In this document: in pieces, positions 36,911 through 50,564 of the stretch
Layout: each line of letters begins with the position of its first letter
Numbering within the stretch: position 1 is the first letter of the stretch
NCBI RefSeq assembly: GCF_001194135.2
Contig: NC_068986.1
Coordinates: forward strand, 60,641,760 to 60,705,759
DNA length: 64,000 nt
Direction: 5' to 3'
From: Octopus bimaculoides
Lineage: Eukaryota
Notes under the pieces: model-generated
Told to the model about the DNA's origin: nothing
The model's database searches: none
The model's input: only the letters and a program-made list of their open reading frames with translations
Translations under genes and position numbers: made by a program

Positions 36911-37999
36911 GATGGAGCAGAACACGCTCTTAGAATAGCTCTTCCCACGAAGCAAATTAAGTGAAACCTGCTATGCAGAGGATATATATAATACATATGT
37001 AGATGTGTGTGTATATATGTAGATGTGTATGTGTATATATATATATATATATATAGATATATATATATATATATATATATNNNNNNNNNNNNNNNNNNNN
37101 NNNNNNNNNNNNNNNNNNNNNNNNNNNNNNNNNNNNNNNNNNNNNNNNNNNNNNNNNNNNNNNNNNNNNNNNNNNNNNNNNNNNNNNNNNNNNNNNNNNN
37201 NNNNNNNNNNNNNNNNNNNNNNNNNNNNNNNNNNNNNNNNNNNNNNNNNNNNNNNNNNNNNNNNNNNNNNNNNNNNNNNNNNNNNNNNNNNNNNNNNNNN
37301 NNNNNNNNNNNNNNNNNNNNNNNNNNNNNNNNNNNNNNNNNNNNNNNNNNNNNNNNNNNNNNNNNNNNNNNNNNNNNNNNNNNNNNNNNNNNNNNNNNNN
37401 NNNNNNNNNNNNNNNNNNNNNNNNNNNNNNNNNNNNNNNNNNNNNNNNNNNNNNNNNNNNNNNNNNNNNNNNNNNNNNNNNNNNNNNNNNNNNNNNNNNN
37501 NNNNNNNNNNNNNNNNNNNNNNNNNNNNNNNNNNNNNNNNNNNNNNNNNNNNNNNNNNNNNNNNNNNNNNNNNNNNNNNNNNNNNNNNNNNNNNNNNNNN
37601 NNNNNNNNNNNNNNNNNNNNNNNNNNNNNNNNNNNNNNNNNNNNNNNNNNNNNNNNNNNNNNNNNNNNNNNNNNNNNNNNNNNNNNNNNNNNNNNNNNNN
37701 NNNNNNNNNNNNNNNNNNNNNNNNNNNNNNNNNNNNNNNNNNNNNNNNNNNNNNNNNNNNNNNNNNNNNNNNNNNNNNNNNNNNNNNNNNNNNNNNNNNN
37801 NNNNCAATTATTAGTTCAGCTTTTTTTTTCTTTTTTCTTTTTTCTATGCTTCTCTGCCTGTACTGGTACTGGGGTCGATAAATTAAGTACCAGTTGCTTA
37901 CGGGGGTCAATCTAATCGATCGGCCCCCTCCTCCAGAATTTCGAAACTTGTGCCTAGACTACAAAAAAAAACAGGAAAAGAAAATTGATTCAATCACTG

Positions 38000-40420
38000 T
38001 TTGTGCCAATGTTCTGCGCCATGAGGACCAAAGACTTGAAATATTTCGTGTTCCAAGACAGTGTGTGAGAGAGAATTGTGATGTCGTGGGAGAGAAATGT
38101 GTTCGCATGGATGATGGTACGCTTGCACTAAACGAGGCTGCAAAGAAAGAGGTATGGAGACGCTTCTACGAAAGGTTGCTCAATGAAGAGAATGAATGGG
38201 AGGAAGAGGGTCTGCCGAATGTCAACCAAACAAAGGGACCAGCCATCCGAGTTGACAGTACTATGCTAGATAAAGCAATTAAGAGTATGAAGACAGGGAA
38301 GACCTCCAGCCCATCAGGAATCACTGCAGAGATGCTCAAAATATCTGGCAGTGTCGGCTATAGCCTAGTCACCTGTATTGTTAAGCAGGTGATACATGAA
38401 GGAGTCATACCCAATGACTGGTGTAGCAGCACCATAGTCAACTGCTACAAAGGTAAAGGTGACACTTTAGATACAACGAATTACAGAGGTATCAAGTTGT
38501 TAGATCAGGTAATGAAAGTCACGGTGAGGGTCATAGCCCAACTAATTAGGGAGAGAGTCAGATGAGATGCAGTTTGGGTTTATGCCGGGGAAAAGCACCA
38601 CTGATGCTATATTTCTGGTAAGACAGCTGCAGGAGAAATACCTAGCCAAAGATAAACCTCTGTACCTGGCTTTCGTTGACATGGAGAAAGCCTTTAATAG
38701 GGTCACCCAATCCCTTACATAGTGGTCAATGAGGAAACTAGGGACAGAAGTCTGTACGAGCCATGTACAGAGACCCTGTCAGTAAGGTGAGGGTTGGCAA
38801 CGAGTACAGTGAAGAATTCCGGGTAGAGGTAGGTGTCCACCAAGGTTCAGTCCTCAGCCCCCTCATATTTATCATGGTCCTCCAGGCGATAACAGGAATT
38901 CAAGACAGGATGCCCCTGGGAGCTCCTCTATGCTGATGACCTTGCACTAATAGCTGAGTCACTATCAGAACTACAGGAGAAGTTTCAGGTGTGGAAGCAA
39001 GGACTAGAATCGAAGGGCCTTAGAGTCAACCTAGCTAAAACCAAAGTCCTAATAAGTAGGAAGGTAGAAAAAACCCAAACCCCTTCAGGTAGATGGCCCT
39101 GCTCGATCTGTAGAAAAGGCATAGGTAGAAACTCTATAAGATGCACCCAGTGCAAGCTATGGACACATAAGAAGTGCAGCAATATCAAAGGAAGGTTAAC
39201 TAGGAAGTTTTNNNNNNNNNNNNNNNNNNNNNNNNNNNNNNNNNNNNNNNNNNNNNNNNNNNNNNNNNNNNNNNNNNNNNNNNNNNNNNNNNNNNNNNNN
39301 NNNNNNNNNNNNNNNNNNNNNNNNNNNNNNNNNNNNNNNNNNNNNNNNNNNNNNNNNNNNNNNNNNNNNNNNNNNNNNNNNNNNNNNNNNNNNNNNNNNN
39401 NNNNNNNNNNNNNNNNNNNNNNNNNNNNNNNNNNNNNNNNNNNNNNNNNNNNNNNNNNNNNNNNNNNNNNNNNNNNNNNNNNNNNNNNNNNNNNNNNNNN
39501 NNNNNNNNNNNNNNNNNNNNNNNNNNNNNNNNNNNNNNNNNNNNNNNNNNNNNNNNNNNNNNNNNNNNNNNNNNNNNNNNNNNNNNNNNNNNNNNNNNNN
39601 NNNNNNNNNNNNNNNNNNNNNNNNNNNNNNNNNNNNNNNNNNNNNNNNNNNNNNNNNNNNNNNNNNNNNNNNNNATAGCTGTGTGAAAAAGTGCCACACC
39701 CTAGCAGTTGAGGGAACCTGTGGAAGAGGTAGGCCCAGGAAGACCTGGGATGAGGTGGTGAGGCACAAGCTTCGAACATTGGGCCTCACCAAGGCGATGA
39801 CTTCTGACCGAGACCTTTGGAAATATTCTGTGTGTAAGAAGACCCGGCATGCCAAATCTAAGGCCTCAGCCAGCCCACTTATGCGTACCTTCCTTCACTG
39901 GACACTAAACTTCGCTTGCGAAGACCTGTTGGGGCAAGTGAAATCGAAATCGAATTAAATTTGACGACTGGCACCCATGCCAACGTCGTCTCCTTCATTG
40001 GATACGAAACTCGGTTTGCGAAGACCTGTTGGGGCAAGCAAAAGTCAAATCGTGATGCCTCCTGTGCCCAGCATCGCTGTCCTGGCACTTGTGCTGGATG
40101 GCACGTGTAAAGACATTCGAGTGAGATCGTTGCCAGTGCTGCTGGACTGGCTACTGTGCAGGTAGCACATAAAATACACCATTTTGAGCGGCCGTTGCCA
40201 GTACCGCCTGACTGGCCTTTGTGCTGGTGGCATGTAAAAGCACCCACTACACTCTTGGAGTGGTTGGCGTTAGGAAGGGCATCCAACTGTAGAAACTCTG
40301 CCAAATCAGATTTGAGCCTGGTGTAGCCATCTGGTTTCACCAGTTCTCAGTCAAATCGTCCAACCCATGCTAGCATGGAAAGCAGACGTTAAACGATGAT
40401 GATGTTGATGATGATGATGA
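38000..40420 (+). mobile_element. RTE-clade LINE, 3' 2.4 kb
   Basis: NYRGIKLLDQ, MQFGFMPGKSTTDAIF, GVHQGSVLSPL, ELLYADDL, GRPRKTWDEVV, full 3' UTR and (GAT)n. Confidence 0.92.
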
Positions 40421-40437
40421 ATGAAACTTGCTTTGAA

Positions 40438-42305
40438 ATTTGTTGAACTTTGGAACAACTTACATAATTCCAACCTCTGCCTGAACTCTTTGTACTTCCA
40501 TGCAATGAATGTTACATTTGCTTTCCAAAGTGTAATATCCTGCTTGTATCTTTCAATGTATCCTGCATTAAAATTGATGTAATCTTTATCCGTTTTTGTT
40601 TTTCCTTTTGTTTACATTGGGTGCATGCCTTGTTATNNNNNNNNNNNNNNNNNNNNNNNNNNNNNNNNNNNNNNNNNNNNNNNNNNNNNNNNNNNNNNNN
40701 NNNNNNNNNNNNNNNNNNNNNNNNNNNNNNNNNNNNNNNNNNNNNNNNNNNNNNNNNNNNNNNNNNNNNNNNNNNNNNNNNNNNNNNNNNNNNNNNNNNN
40801 NNNNNNNNNNNNNNNNNNNNNNNNNNNNNNNNNNNNNNNNNNNNNNNNNNNNNNNNNNNNNNNNNNNNNNNNNNNNNNNNNNNNNNNNNNNNNNNNNNNN
40901 NNNNNNNNNNNNNNNNNNNNNNNNNNNNNNNNNNNNNNNNNNNNNNNNNNNNNNNNNNNNNNNNNNNNNNNNNNNNNNNNNNNNNNNNNNNNNNNNNNNN
41001 NNNNNNNNNNNNNNNNNNNNNNNNNNNNNNNNNNNNNNNNNNNNNNNNNNNNNNNNNNNNNNNNNNNNNNNNNNNNNNNNNNNNNNNNNNNNNNNNNNNN
41101 NNNNNNNNNNNNNNNNNNNNNNNNNNNNNNNNNNNNNNNNNNNNNNNNNNNNNNNNNNNNNNNNNNNNNNNNNNNNNNNNNNNNNNNNNNNNNNNNNNNN
41201 NNNNNNNNNNNNNNNNNNNNNNNNNNNNNNNNNNNNNNNNNNNNNNNNNNNNNNNNNNNNNNNNNNNNNNNNNNNNNNNNNNNNNNNNNNNNNNNNNNNN
41301 NNNNNNNNNNNNNNNNNNNNNNAACTGGTAAGATTGATGTAGTTGATGTTGAATAATATGTGGATGGCTGCAGAAGAATAAATATGGGCAAGGGAATTTC
41401 ATAAGGCAGACAATCTGGTAAGAAAGAAATTAATATTTGGTTTACAGGTGAATTACAACCTACTTGAGCTTCGAACCTTTTCTCTCCAGATGCTGTAACG
41501 TGGTTTGTATCCAATATAGTAGTACCACCACTATTGAGATAATGGCCTACAATACATGGCACCAGTGTGATACAATAAGAACGTAACTATCTCTCAAGAA
41601 CCAACAATAAATATTCCAAATGAACAAACCAACCCACACTCTCCAACTTCACTATGAAATAACACAAACTATATGCACTCTCTCGGTTCAGTCCATTCCT
41701 CTCAAGAGGATACCTTGACTCTAATCACAACACTGAGAGTGTAAGATGTAACTTTTTACTAACTTTGTGCTGCCGACAAATTTCCATTTATTTATTTTTA
41801 AGCTTCTCTTACTGCTGGAAACCACCTATGTCTGGTACTGGCATTTATGTGAACAATGTAGACAATAGACAAGTATCAAATACCATATTACATAAATTCT
41901 CTATTTATTAAAATTATCTTCAATTGTAGAAGTATCATAATTACCAAATGGTAATTGATTAGCATATTCAGGGCCACAATACTGTAGACAAGGCCATTTT
42001 GAGCAAAGAAACATGCCTGGAAGAGTGGGGGTAGTAGGAGAATGTATCAAATAGCTAAAAGGAAAGCGAAGAGACAGGTATATATAGCCAAGGGAGTAGT
42101 AGAAAAGAAGAAGTTTGTCAATGTTCAGCAACGTGAGGTCCAAAGACTTGAAGTGTTTTGTGTTGCAGGACAGTGCGTGAGAAAGAATCGTAATGTCAGG
42201 AGAGAAATGTGGCTGCATGGATGATGGTACCCTTGCGTTGAATGACTCTGCAAAGAAAGAGGCTTGGAGTAGCCATTATGAAAGACTGCTAAATGTGGAG
42301 AATGA
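40438..42305 (+). repeat. Arm 1 of a ~2-kb inverted segmental duplication
   Basis: Reverse complement of 48328-50564; 41323-41627 is identical to 48967-49271. Confidence 0.9.
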
Positions 42306-43254
42306 ATAAGAGAAAGAGAGTCTGCCAAAGGAATTTGCCCTTTAATTTATTGTTGCCATCAAAGCCTCACTTCTTTCCTCTAGTTCAAAAGCATATCCTT
42401 GTGTTACCAATGATTGAACTCATCCCCCTGTGATATGTTAGCCTGTTATGTAATACCATAACACTCTTACAGCAATTGTTTGAGGACTGAGTTAATATAC
42501 TAATAGCATTGCTTGTGACAAGTGTCTCATTCTAACCACTAAATTTTTAGCTTGTGCGAAATAGCAGTTAAAACCAACTTTTCATAGCTGAAAAATGTTT
42601 CATCTGTGCAAAAGATCAAACCTGTCTGCTTGATTGTCAGAGGTCATCTTCTAGCTGGAAGTGAGGTGAGTGAATCAATTGCCAAACAGTGTTTATAGGT
42701 GAAAAGGTGTTACCTTAAAAAGCATTCAAATTGTGACCATTCTATGTTTTTGTCAGGTAGTATCATGTGTTGAGGACTACATTATCTTCTATGTCTTCTT
42801 CTTCTTTTTAAGATGCATGGTGTAATTTGATGGCCAAATTCAGTTGCCATTTCTAGAAGCCAAGCAATCACATAGAGAGAGGCACTCTCATTTAGCAAAG
42901 TGTTTTGAGATTATATGCTCTCGGTCTTCACCAATTGGTCACACCACTTGCACCATTATGACCATCAACTTGCCCTCCCTCTATTTTCAGAAATAATGGA
43001 AGAAGACATATGCATACATTATTTGCTAACTGCTGTTATAGAAGCCCACCCATTTATATATATATAGATATCGGATGTCTCCCATGAACACTTCTAAAGG
43101 CTTAATGCCATCCCCACCCCTACTTAGGGTTTATCTCCTATGTAAGGTAGTGATCATGTAGCACATAAAAATGGTGTAGTGTATGTAGGTTGAAGGCTAT
43201 TGTTTATGAATATTGCTAAATGCAAGCTTTCTTTTCAGGTACATGATGCTGCTG

Positions 43255-46200
43255 AGCCCCATCCCAGGGTCTCACAGACCCACACATCCCATACCCATAG
43301 GGTTGGCAAACTGAATGTGGGCACACTGAAAGGTAGGTCTGGTGAGATTGTTGAGATGATTGAATGGAGCTGCATCCAAGAATTAAGGTGGAGAGGAGGA
43401 TCCTCACAGACAAAGAACATATGTATAAGATTTTCTGGGCAGGGAACCCTGATGGGGTCGGGGGCATGGGTATATTTCTTGCAGAGAAATTGGTTGATAA
43501 GGTAATCGAGGTAGTCAGATTAGATTAGTGCTGCATCATGTGTTAGCAACCATTATCTTGGCCTATGCTCCTCAGCCGGGGCTGCCTGATGGATAGAAAG
43601 ACTGATTTTATGATAGCCTCTTGCAGACTACCACATCGACGAATTACAGGGACCCTCTCTCTGTGTTTGGTGACTTCAATGGGCATGTTGGACAACATGC
43701 AGGGGGCGTACATGGAGGCTACGGTTTTGATTCCTGCAATGGGGAGGGAATCAGGCTGCTGGAGTTCTGCGATGCAAATGATCTTATGGTTTGCAATACT
43801 AACTTTAGGAAACCTGTCAGTCACCTATCGATCTGGTAGACACACTTGTCAAATTGGACTACATCCTCACCAGGAAACGGGAAAGATAGCTACTTGTAAA
43901 TGCGAAAACCTTCCCAGGTGAAGAATGCACCCCACAACAAAGATTAGTAGTTAGCGACTTCGGGATCAGGGCTAAATGGATGGCCAGAAGATGAGCATCA
44001 TGGAGGAGAAGGGTCTGGAAGCTTAAGGATCCGGCAAAAAGAGATTTAGAGACATATTACTCAAAGCTGTGGAAGGCAACTGGAGGTTTCTATGCGACAA
44101 CCTGTTAAGGGCTAGTGACTAGATCTGTGGATGGTGCAAAGTCTCCTCTTGACCAAAAGTAACGTGGTGGTAGAACAATGTTGTTGACAGGGCCATTAAG
44201 GAAAAGAAACAGGCTTGGAAGAACAGTGGTTGCAGTGAGTTGTATCAGACTGCCAAAAGGGAAGCTAGGAGACATGTTTCTTTAGCCAGAGGGGAAGCAG
44301 ATAAGAAAAAAATTGCCAATATTCTGAGCCGTGAGGACCAAAGACTTGAGGTATTTCGTGTTGCAAGACAGTGTGTGAGAGAGAATCGTGCTGTTGTAGG
44401 AGAGAAATGTGTCCGCATGAATAATGATGCACTTGCTTTAAACGAAGCCTGCAAAGAGAGAGGTTTGAAGACGCCACTATGAAAGGTTGCTAAAGGAAGA
44501 GAATGAATGTGAGAAAAAGAGTGTACCGAATGCCGACCCAACAGAGGGACCAGCTGTCCAAATTGACAGTACCTTGGTAGATAAAGCAATTAAGGACATG
44601 AAGACAGGGAAAGCCCCCGGCCCATCAGGAATCACCACAGAGATGCTCAAAATATCTGGTGGTGTCGACTTTAGCCTAGTCAACCAGGTAATACATGAAG
44701 GAGTCATACCCAGTGACTGGTGTAGCAGCACCATAGTCAACTGCTACAAAGGTAAAGGTAACGCATTAGACACAAATGATTACAGAGGTATCAAGTTGTT
44801 GGATCAGGTAATGAAGGTCACAGAGAGAGTCATAGCCCAACTAATAAGTGATAGAGTCAGTCTAAATGAGATGCAGTTTGGGTTTGCGCCAGGGAAAAGC
44901 ACCACTGATGCTATATTTCTGATAAGACAGCTACAGGAGAAATACCTAGCCAAAAATAAACCTCTGTACCTGGCTTTCGTTGACCGGGTCCTCCGATCCC
45001 CTATCTGGTTGTCAATGAGGTGACTAGAGATGGATGAATGGTTAGTGAGAGCTGTACAAGCCATGTACAGTAAGGTGAGGGTTGGCAACGAGTACAGTGA
45101 ATTCCGGGTAGGGGCAAGGGTCAACCTAAGATCACTCCTCAGCCCCCTCTTATCCGTATATATATAAAAGCCGAGATGTGTGTGTGTGTACGTGAATATA
45201 ATTTATGCACGTCCACAAATTAGCACGCAGGTCGCTCCAATTTTAGGAGGACATTGTTCATGACCCTACCTGCGTTTCCGTCAACTTTTTCTCTCAGAGG
45301 CACCCTCGTATAGCTGTAAAAATCGATAAACTTTTACCAATTTTGAAGTTTGTTGACATGGCGAAGTCATCTGTGCGTACGCGCGTGAAGGAGAGAAAGA
45401 AAGAGAGAGAGAGAGAGAGAAAGAAAGAAATAGTGTGTTTGTGACAAGGGGGAATACAGAGTGTTTGATAGCGTCTAACAAAAAAAAAGTCAACAAAATG
45501 TGGGAAAGGGAAACAAAGCGGCTAAGGAAAAAAAATTCTGTAACCAAGAGTTTGTTTGCCATTGTCTAACAAAGGAAAAAAAGAACGAAAAAGTGGAACA
45601 GGGAGACAAAGCGTATTACGAAAGAAAATGTAGGTAAGAGTAAGTGTAAAATGTAAAATGCATTTTTGTTTTTCTTAAACATGAGATATAGTTTAAAATA
45701 TACGATGTTTTTGAAATACATTATATTCTATAATGAGATTATATATACTTTCTCACACAACAATTAAAATATATTTATTTTAAATCATTTATTTATTTTA
45801 AATCGTTCATCTTTCTCCCTCCCCCTTCTCACTCTCACATACNNNNNNNNNNNNNNNNNNNNNNNNNNNNNNNNNNNNNNNNNNNNNNNNNNNNNNNNNN
45901 NNNNNNNNNNNNNNNNNNNNNNNNNNNNNNNNNNNNNNNNNNNNNNNNNNNNNNNNNNNNNNNNNNNNNNNNNNNNNNNNNNNNNNNNNNNNNNNNNNNN
46001 NNNNNNNNNNNNNNNNNNNNNNNNNNNNNNNNNNNNNNNNNNNNNNNNNNNNNNNNNNNNNNNNNNNNNNNNNNNNNNNNNNNNNNNNNNNNNNNNNNNN
46101 NNNNNNNNNNNNNNNNNNNNNNNNNNNNNNNNNNNNNNNNNNNNNNNNNNNNNNNNNNNNNNNNNNNNGGGACAGGCTCCTTATTTTTTGGTTAAGGCTG

Positions 46201-47790
46201 TTGGTAAGTTTTCCTAAGTTACTCCAATCCAGATCTCCAATGCAAACCTTCAGATCAACCTTTTCCTATGCAGATCTCTAATGCAACATTTAAAAAAAAA
46301 CAGTCAATGAGTGGAAATAACCAATAAACTGATTCCTTATGGGATTTCCCAATCAAATTGCCAGCAAACCATTTTCAGCCAAACCAATTTCAACAGATTT
46401 CGGTCAAATCTGATGTCAATGTTACTTATTTTGGTTTGAAATAAAGCACTTGATCACTTAATAATCCTAGCTTAATCCCGGGCAGCGCCGGGCTATACTA
46501 CTAGTTCATTATAATCCTCTAGGCAATAATAGAGGAATTCAACACAGGATGTCCCTGGGAACTTCTCTATACTGATGACTTTGCACTAATTGCCGGAACT
46601 AGAGCCAAAGGTTAGGGTGTGGAAGCAAGGTCTAGAATCGAAGGGCCTTAGGGTTAACCTAGCCAAAACCAAAGTCTTAGTAAGTGGGTAGGCTGTCAAA
46701 TCACAGCCCCCTTCAGGTAGATGGCCCTGCTCCATTCGATGCACCCAGTGTAAGCTACGGACACATAAAAAGTGCAGCAACATTAAAGGAAGGTTAACTT
46801 AAAAGATAGTTTTTGTGTGTGACAGATGCACTGGGGCACTAAACACTGAAGATGTTCAGAAAGCAGATTCCATCACATGCCAAAGGAAGAAATTAGAAGT
46901 AGTTAATACTTACTGCTATGTAGGCGACCAAGTCTGTAGTGGGGGTGATTGCTCTAAGAGTGTAGCGACTAGAGTAAGAATAGCCTGGGCAAATTCAGGG
47001 AGCTCCTACCTCTGCTGGCAGCTAATGGCCTCTCACTCAGGATGAAAGGTAGACTATGATGCATGTGTGCAAACTGCCAAGCTATACAGTAGTGAAACAT
47101 GGGCCATGAATGCTGAGGACATGCGTAAGCTTGCAAAGAATGAAGCTAGAATTCTCCACTGGATGTGTAATGTCAGTGTGCATACACAACAGTATAAGCG
47201 CCTTGAGCGAGAAGTTGGACTTAGGAAGCATCAGATGTGGTGTGCAAGACAGACGACTGTGCTAGTATGGTCATGTGTTGGGAATGGATGAGGACAGCTG
47301 TGTGAAGACGTGTCACACCCTAGCGGTTGAGGGAACCTGTGGAAAAGGTAGACCCAGGAAGACATGGGATGAGGTGGTGAAGCATGACCTTCGAATATTG
47401 GGCCTCACAGAGACAATAACAGGAGACCAGGACCTTTGGAGGCACGTTGTGATTGAGAAGACAGGGCAACTAAAGTGAGATCGTAATCACGCACATCCAG
47501 CCCTGTTAAAAATACTCTTAATGTGTCGGGCGATATGATATGCTTGAGTCAAGTAAAACCAGTACCGTAGTTAGGGGCCGGTGCCCCCAAGCTGACTCCT
47601 GTGCCGATGGGACATAAAAAGCACCCACTACATTCTCAGAATGGTTGGCGTTAGGAAGGGCATCCAGCTGTAGAAACTATGCTAGACTACATTGGAGCCT
47701 GGTGCAGCCGCTGGCTCTCCAGACTTCTGTCAAACTGTCTAACCCATGCCATCATGGAAAACGGACGTTAATCGATGACGATGATGATGA
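43255..47790 (+). mobile_element. Near full-length degraded RTE LINE (APE endonuclease and RT) split by a Helitron
   Basis: APE motifs LNVGTLKG, CIQELRW, YAPQ and GDFNGHVG; RT motifs from 44487 to 45152, resuming at 46505; tail to (GAT)n at ~47790. Confidence 0.88.
45153..46504 (+). mobile_element. Non-autonomous Helitron
   Basis: 5' TC after host A45152; 3' hairpin CCCGG-gcagcg-CCGGG (46477-92), then CTAG|T; no TSD. Removing it restores the RTE sequence ctc agc ccc ctc tta|ttc att (LSPLLFI). Confidence 0.9.
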
Positions 47791-47811
47791 TGATATTAAG
47801 AATAAAGTCGG

Positions 47812-48280
47812 AAGCAAGCAAGTGATTAGTAGAAGAGAGCAGTAGAGTTCGGAGCGAACAAAGAGCTGTCGGCGACCGGCAACGCCGTGCGATCGAAAGG
47901 CCGTCGTCGCGATATCGACCGTGAAAGTGTGTTTTCGGGCGGCGGTACAGCAAATAAGGTTATCGTCAGCGCTATCAAGCAGGAGTGCGTGTGCGAGGGT
48001 GCGCATGAACGCGATACGATCTCTGCCTAGTTCTCCGAAATGAAAACTGCATTGAGGTAAAAAGCACATACTCACGGTCGATATCGCGACGACGGCTTTT
48101 TGATCGCACAGCATTGCCAGTCGCTGGCGGCGGCCGTCAGCTTTTTGTTCGCTCCGAACTCTAATGCTCTCTACTACTAATCGCTTGCTTTTTACTTACT
48201 CAATGCAGTCTTCGCTTCGGAGGACTAGGCAGAGATCGTATCGCGTTCATGCGCGCATCCGCACTCGCACTCGTGTTTGA
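47812..48280. repeat. CpG-rich permuted foldback element, arranged A-x-B-A'-B'
   Basis: A 47812-47924 pairs with 48072-48190; B 47975-48066 pairs with 48186-48280. Confidence 0.8.
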
Positions 48281-48327
48281 TAGATTAGATAAACCTCATT
48301 CTCCACTTTTGATAGATTAGATAAACC

Positions 48328-50564
48328 TCATTCTCCACATTTAGCAGTCTTTCGTAATGGCTTCTCCAAGCCTCTTTCTTTGCAAGGGCACCATCATCCA
48401 TGCGGACACATTTCTCTCCTGACATCACGATTCTCTTTCACGCACTGTCTTGCAACACGAAACACCTCAAGTCATTGGTCCTCGCGTCACTGGACATTGA
48501 CAAACTTCTTCTTTTCTGCTCCTCCCTTGGCTATATATACCTGTCTATTAGCTTCCCTTTTTGGCTATTTGATACATTCTCCTGCTACCCCCACTCTTCC
48601 AGGCATGTTTCTTTGCTCAAAATGGCCTTGTCTACAGTATTGTGGCCCTGAATATGCTAATCGATTACCATTTGATAATTACGATACTTTTTCGACAATT
48701 GAAGATAATTTTAATAAATAAGGAATTTATGTATTACGGTATTTGATACTTGTCTATTGTCTACATTGTTCGCATAAATGCCAGTACCAGACATAGGTGG
48801 TTTCCAGGAGTAAGAGAAGCTTAAGAATAAAGTTAGTAACAATCACCTCTTAAATTCTCAGTGTTGTGATGAGAGTCAAGGTACCTTCTTGTGAGAAATG
48901 GTCTGAACCGAGAGAGTGTATATAGTTTGTGTTATTTCATAGTGAAGCTGGAGAGTGTGGGTTGGCTTGTTCATTTGGAATATTTATTGTTGGTTCTTGA
49001 GAGATAGTTACGTTCTTATTGTATCACACTGGTGCCATGTATTGTAGGCCATTATCTCAATAGTGGTGGTACTACTATATTGGATACAAACCACGTTACA
49101 GCATCTGGAGAGAAAAGGTTCGAAGCTCAAGTAGGTTGTAATTCACCTGTAAACCAAATATTAATTTCTTTCTTACCAGATTGTCTGCCTTATGAAATTC
49201 CCTTGCCCATATTTATTCTTCTGCAGCCATCCACATATTATTCAACATCAACTACATCAATCTTACCAGTTTTGAAGGCACAGCTCATGCCGTTTGTCTC
49301 AGAAGGAATGCAAAAGCCAGGGATANNNNNNNNNNNNNNNNNNNNNNNNNNNNNNNNNNNNNNNNNNNNNNNNNNNNNNNNNNNNNNNNNNNNNNNNNNN
49401 NNNNNNNNNNNNNNNNNNNNNNNNNNNNNNNNNNNNNNNNNNNNNNNNNNNNNNNNNNNNNNNNNNNNNNNNNNNNNNNNNNNNNNNNNNNNNNNNNNNN
49501 NNNNNNNNNNNNNNNNNNNNNNNNNNNNNNNNNNNNNNNNNNNNNNNNNNNNNNNNNNNNNNNNNNNNNNNNNNNNNNNNNNNNNNNNNNNNNNNNNNNN
49601 NNNNNNNNNNNNNNNNNNNNNNNNNNNNNNNNNNNNNNNNNNNNNNNNNNNNNNNNNNNNNNNNNNNNNNNNNNNNNNNNNNNNNNNNNNNNNNNNNNNN
49701 NNNNNNNNNNNNNNNNNNNNNNNNNNNNNNNNNNNNNNNNNNNNNNNNNNNNNNNNNNNNNNNNNNNNNNNNNNNNNNNNNNNNNNNNNNNNNNNNNNNN
49801 NNNNNNNNNNNNNNNNNNNNNNNNNNNNNNNNNNNNNNNNNNNNNNNNNNNNNNNNNNNNNNNNNNNNNNNNNNNNNNNNNNNNNNNNNNNNNNNNNNNN
49901 NNNNNNNNNNNNNNNNNNNNNNNNNNNNNNNNNNNNNNNNNNNNNNNNNNNNNNNNNNNNNNNNNNNNNNNNNNNNNNNNNNNNNNNNNNNNNNNNNNNN
50001 NNNNNNNNNNNNATATTGACCAACTCCTTATCTAGTATTTTATTTAATTGCCCACAAAAACATAGAAGTGTGAAGTGTGTTGACACTGCTAACCCTTTCA
50101 TGACTTAATTTCTGATAGGTAAACTGTTTCAATAAATCTTTAGTGCCCCTTTATCATACAGTATACGTGGCCATTTAAACTTTAGCATGCTATCTGATGC
50201 TAATTCTAAACCATAGCTCTAATCCTAACATAAACCATAACAAGGCATGCACCCAATGTAAACAAAAGGAAAAACAAAAACGGATAAAGATTACATCAAT
50301 TTTAATGCAGGATACATTGAAAGATACAAGCAGGATATTACACTTTGGAAAGCAAATGTAACATTCATTGCATGGAAGTACAAAGAGTTCAGGCGGAGGT
50401 TGAAATTATTTAACAGTTATGCAATAAATTTTAAAGTAGGATACATTGAAAGATGCAAGCAGGATATTACACTTTGGAAAGCAAATGTAACATTCATTGC
50501 ATGGAAGTACAAAGAGTTCAGGCAGAGGTTGGAATTATGTAAGTTGTTCCAAAATGCAACAAAT
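48328..50564 (-). repeat. Arm 2 of the inverted duplication
   Basis: Reverse complement of 40438-42305; contains an extra ~130-bp tandem copy (50308-50410 / 50438-50540). Confidence 0.9.

Noticed and set aside
262-50108. Long ORFs made mostly of X
   Set aside because: Artefacts of translating N gaps.
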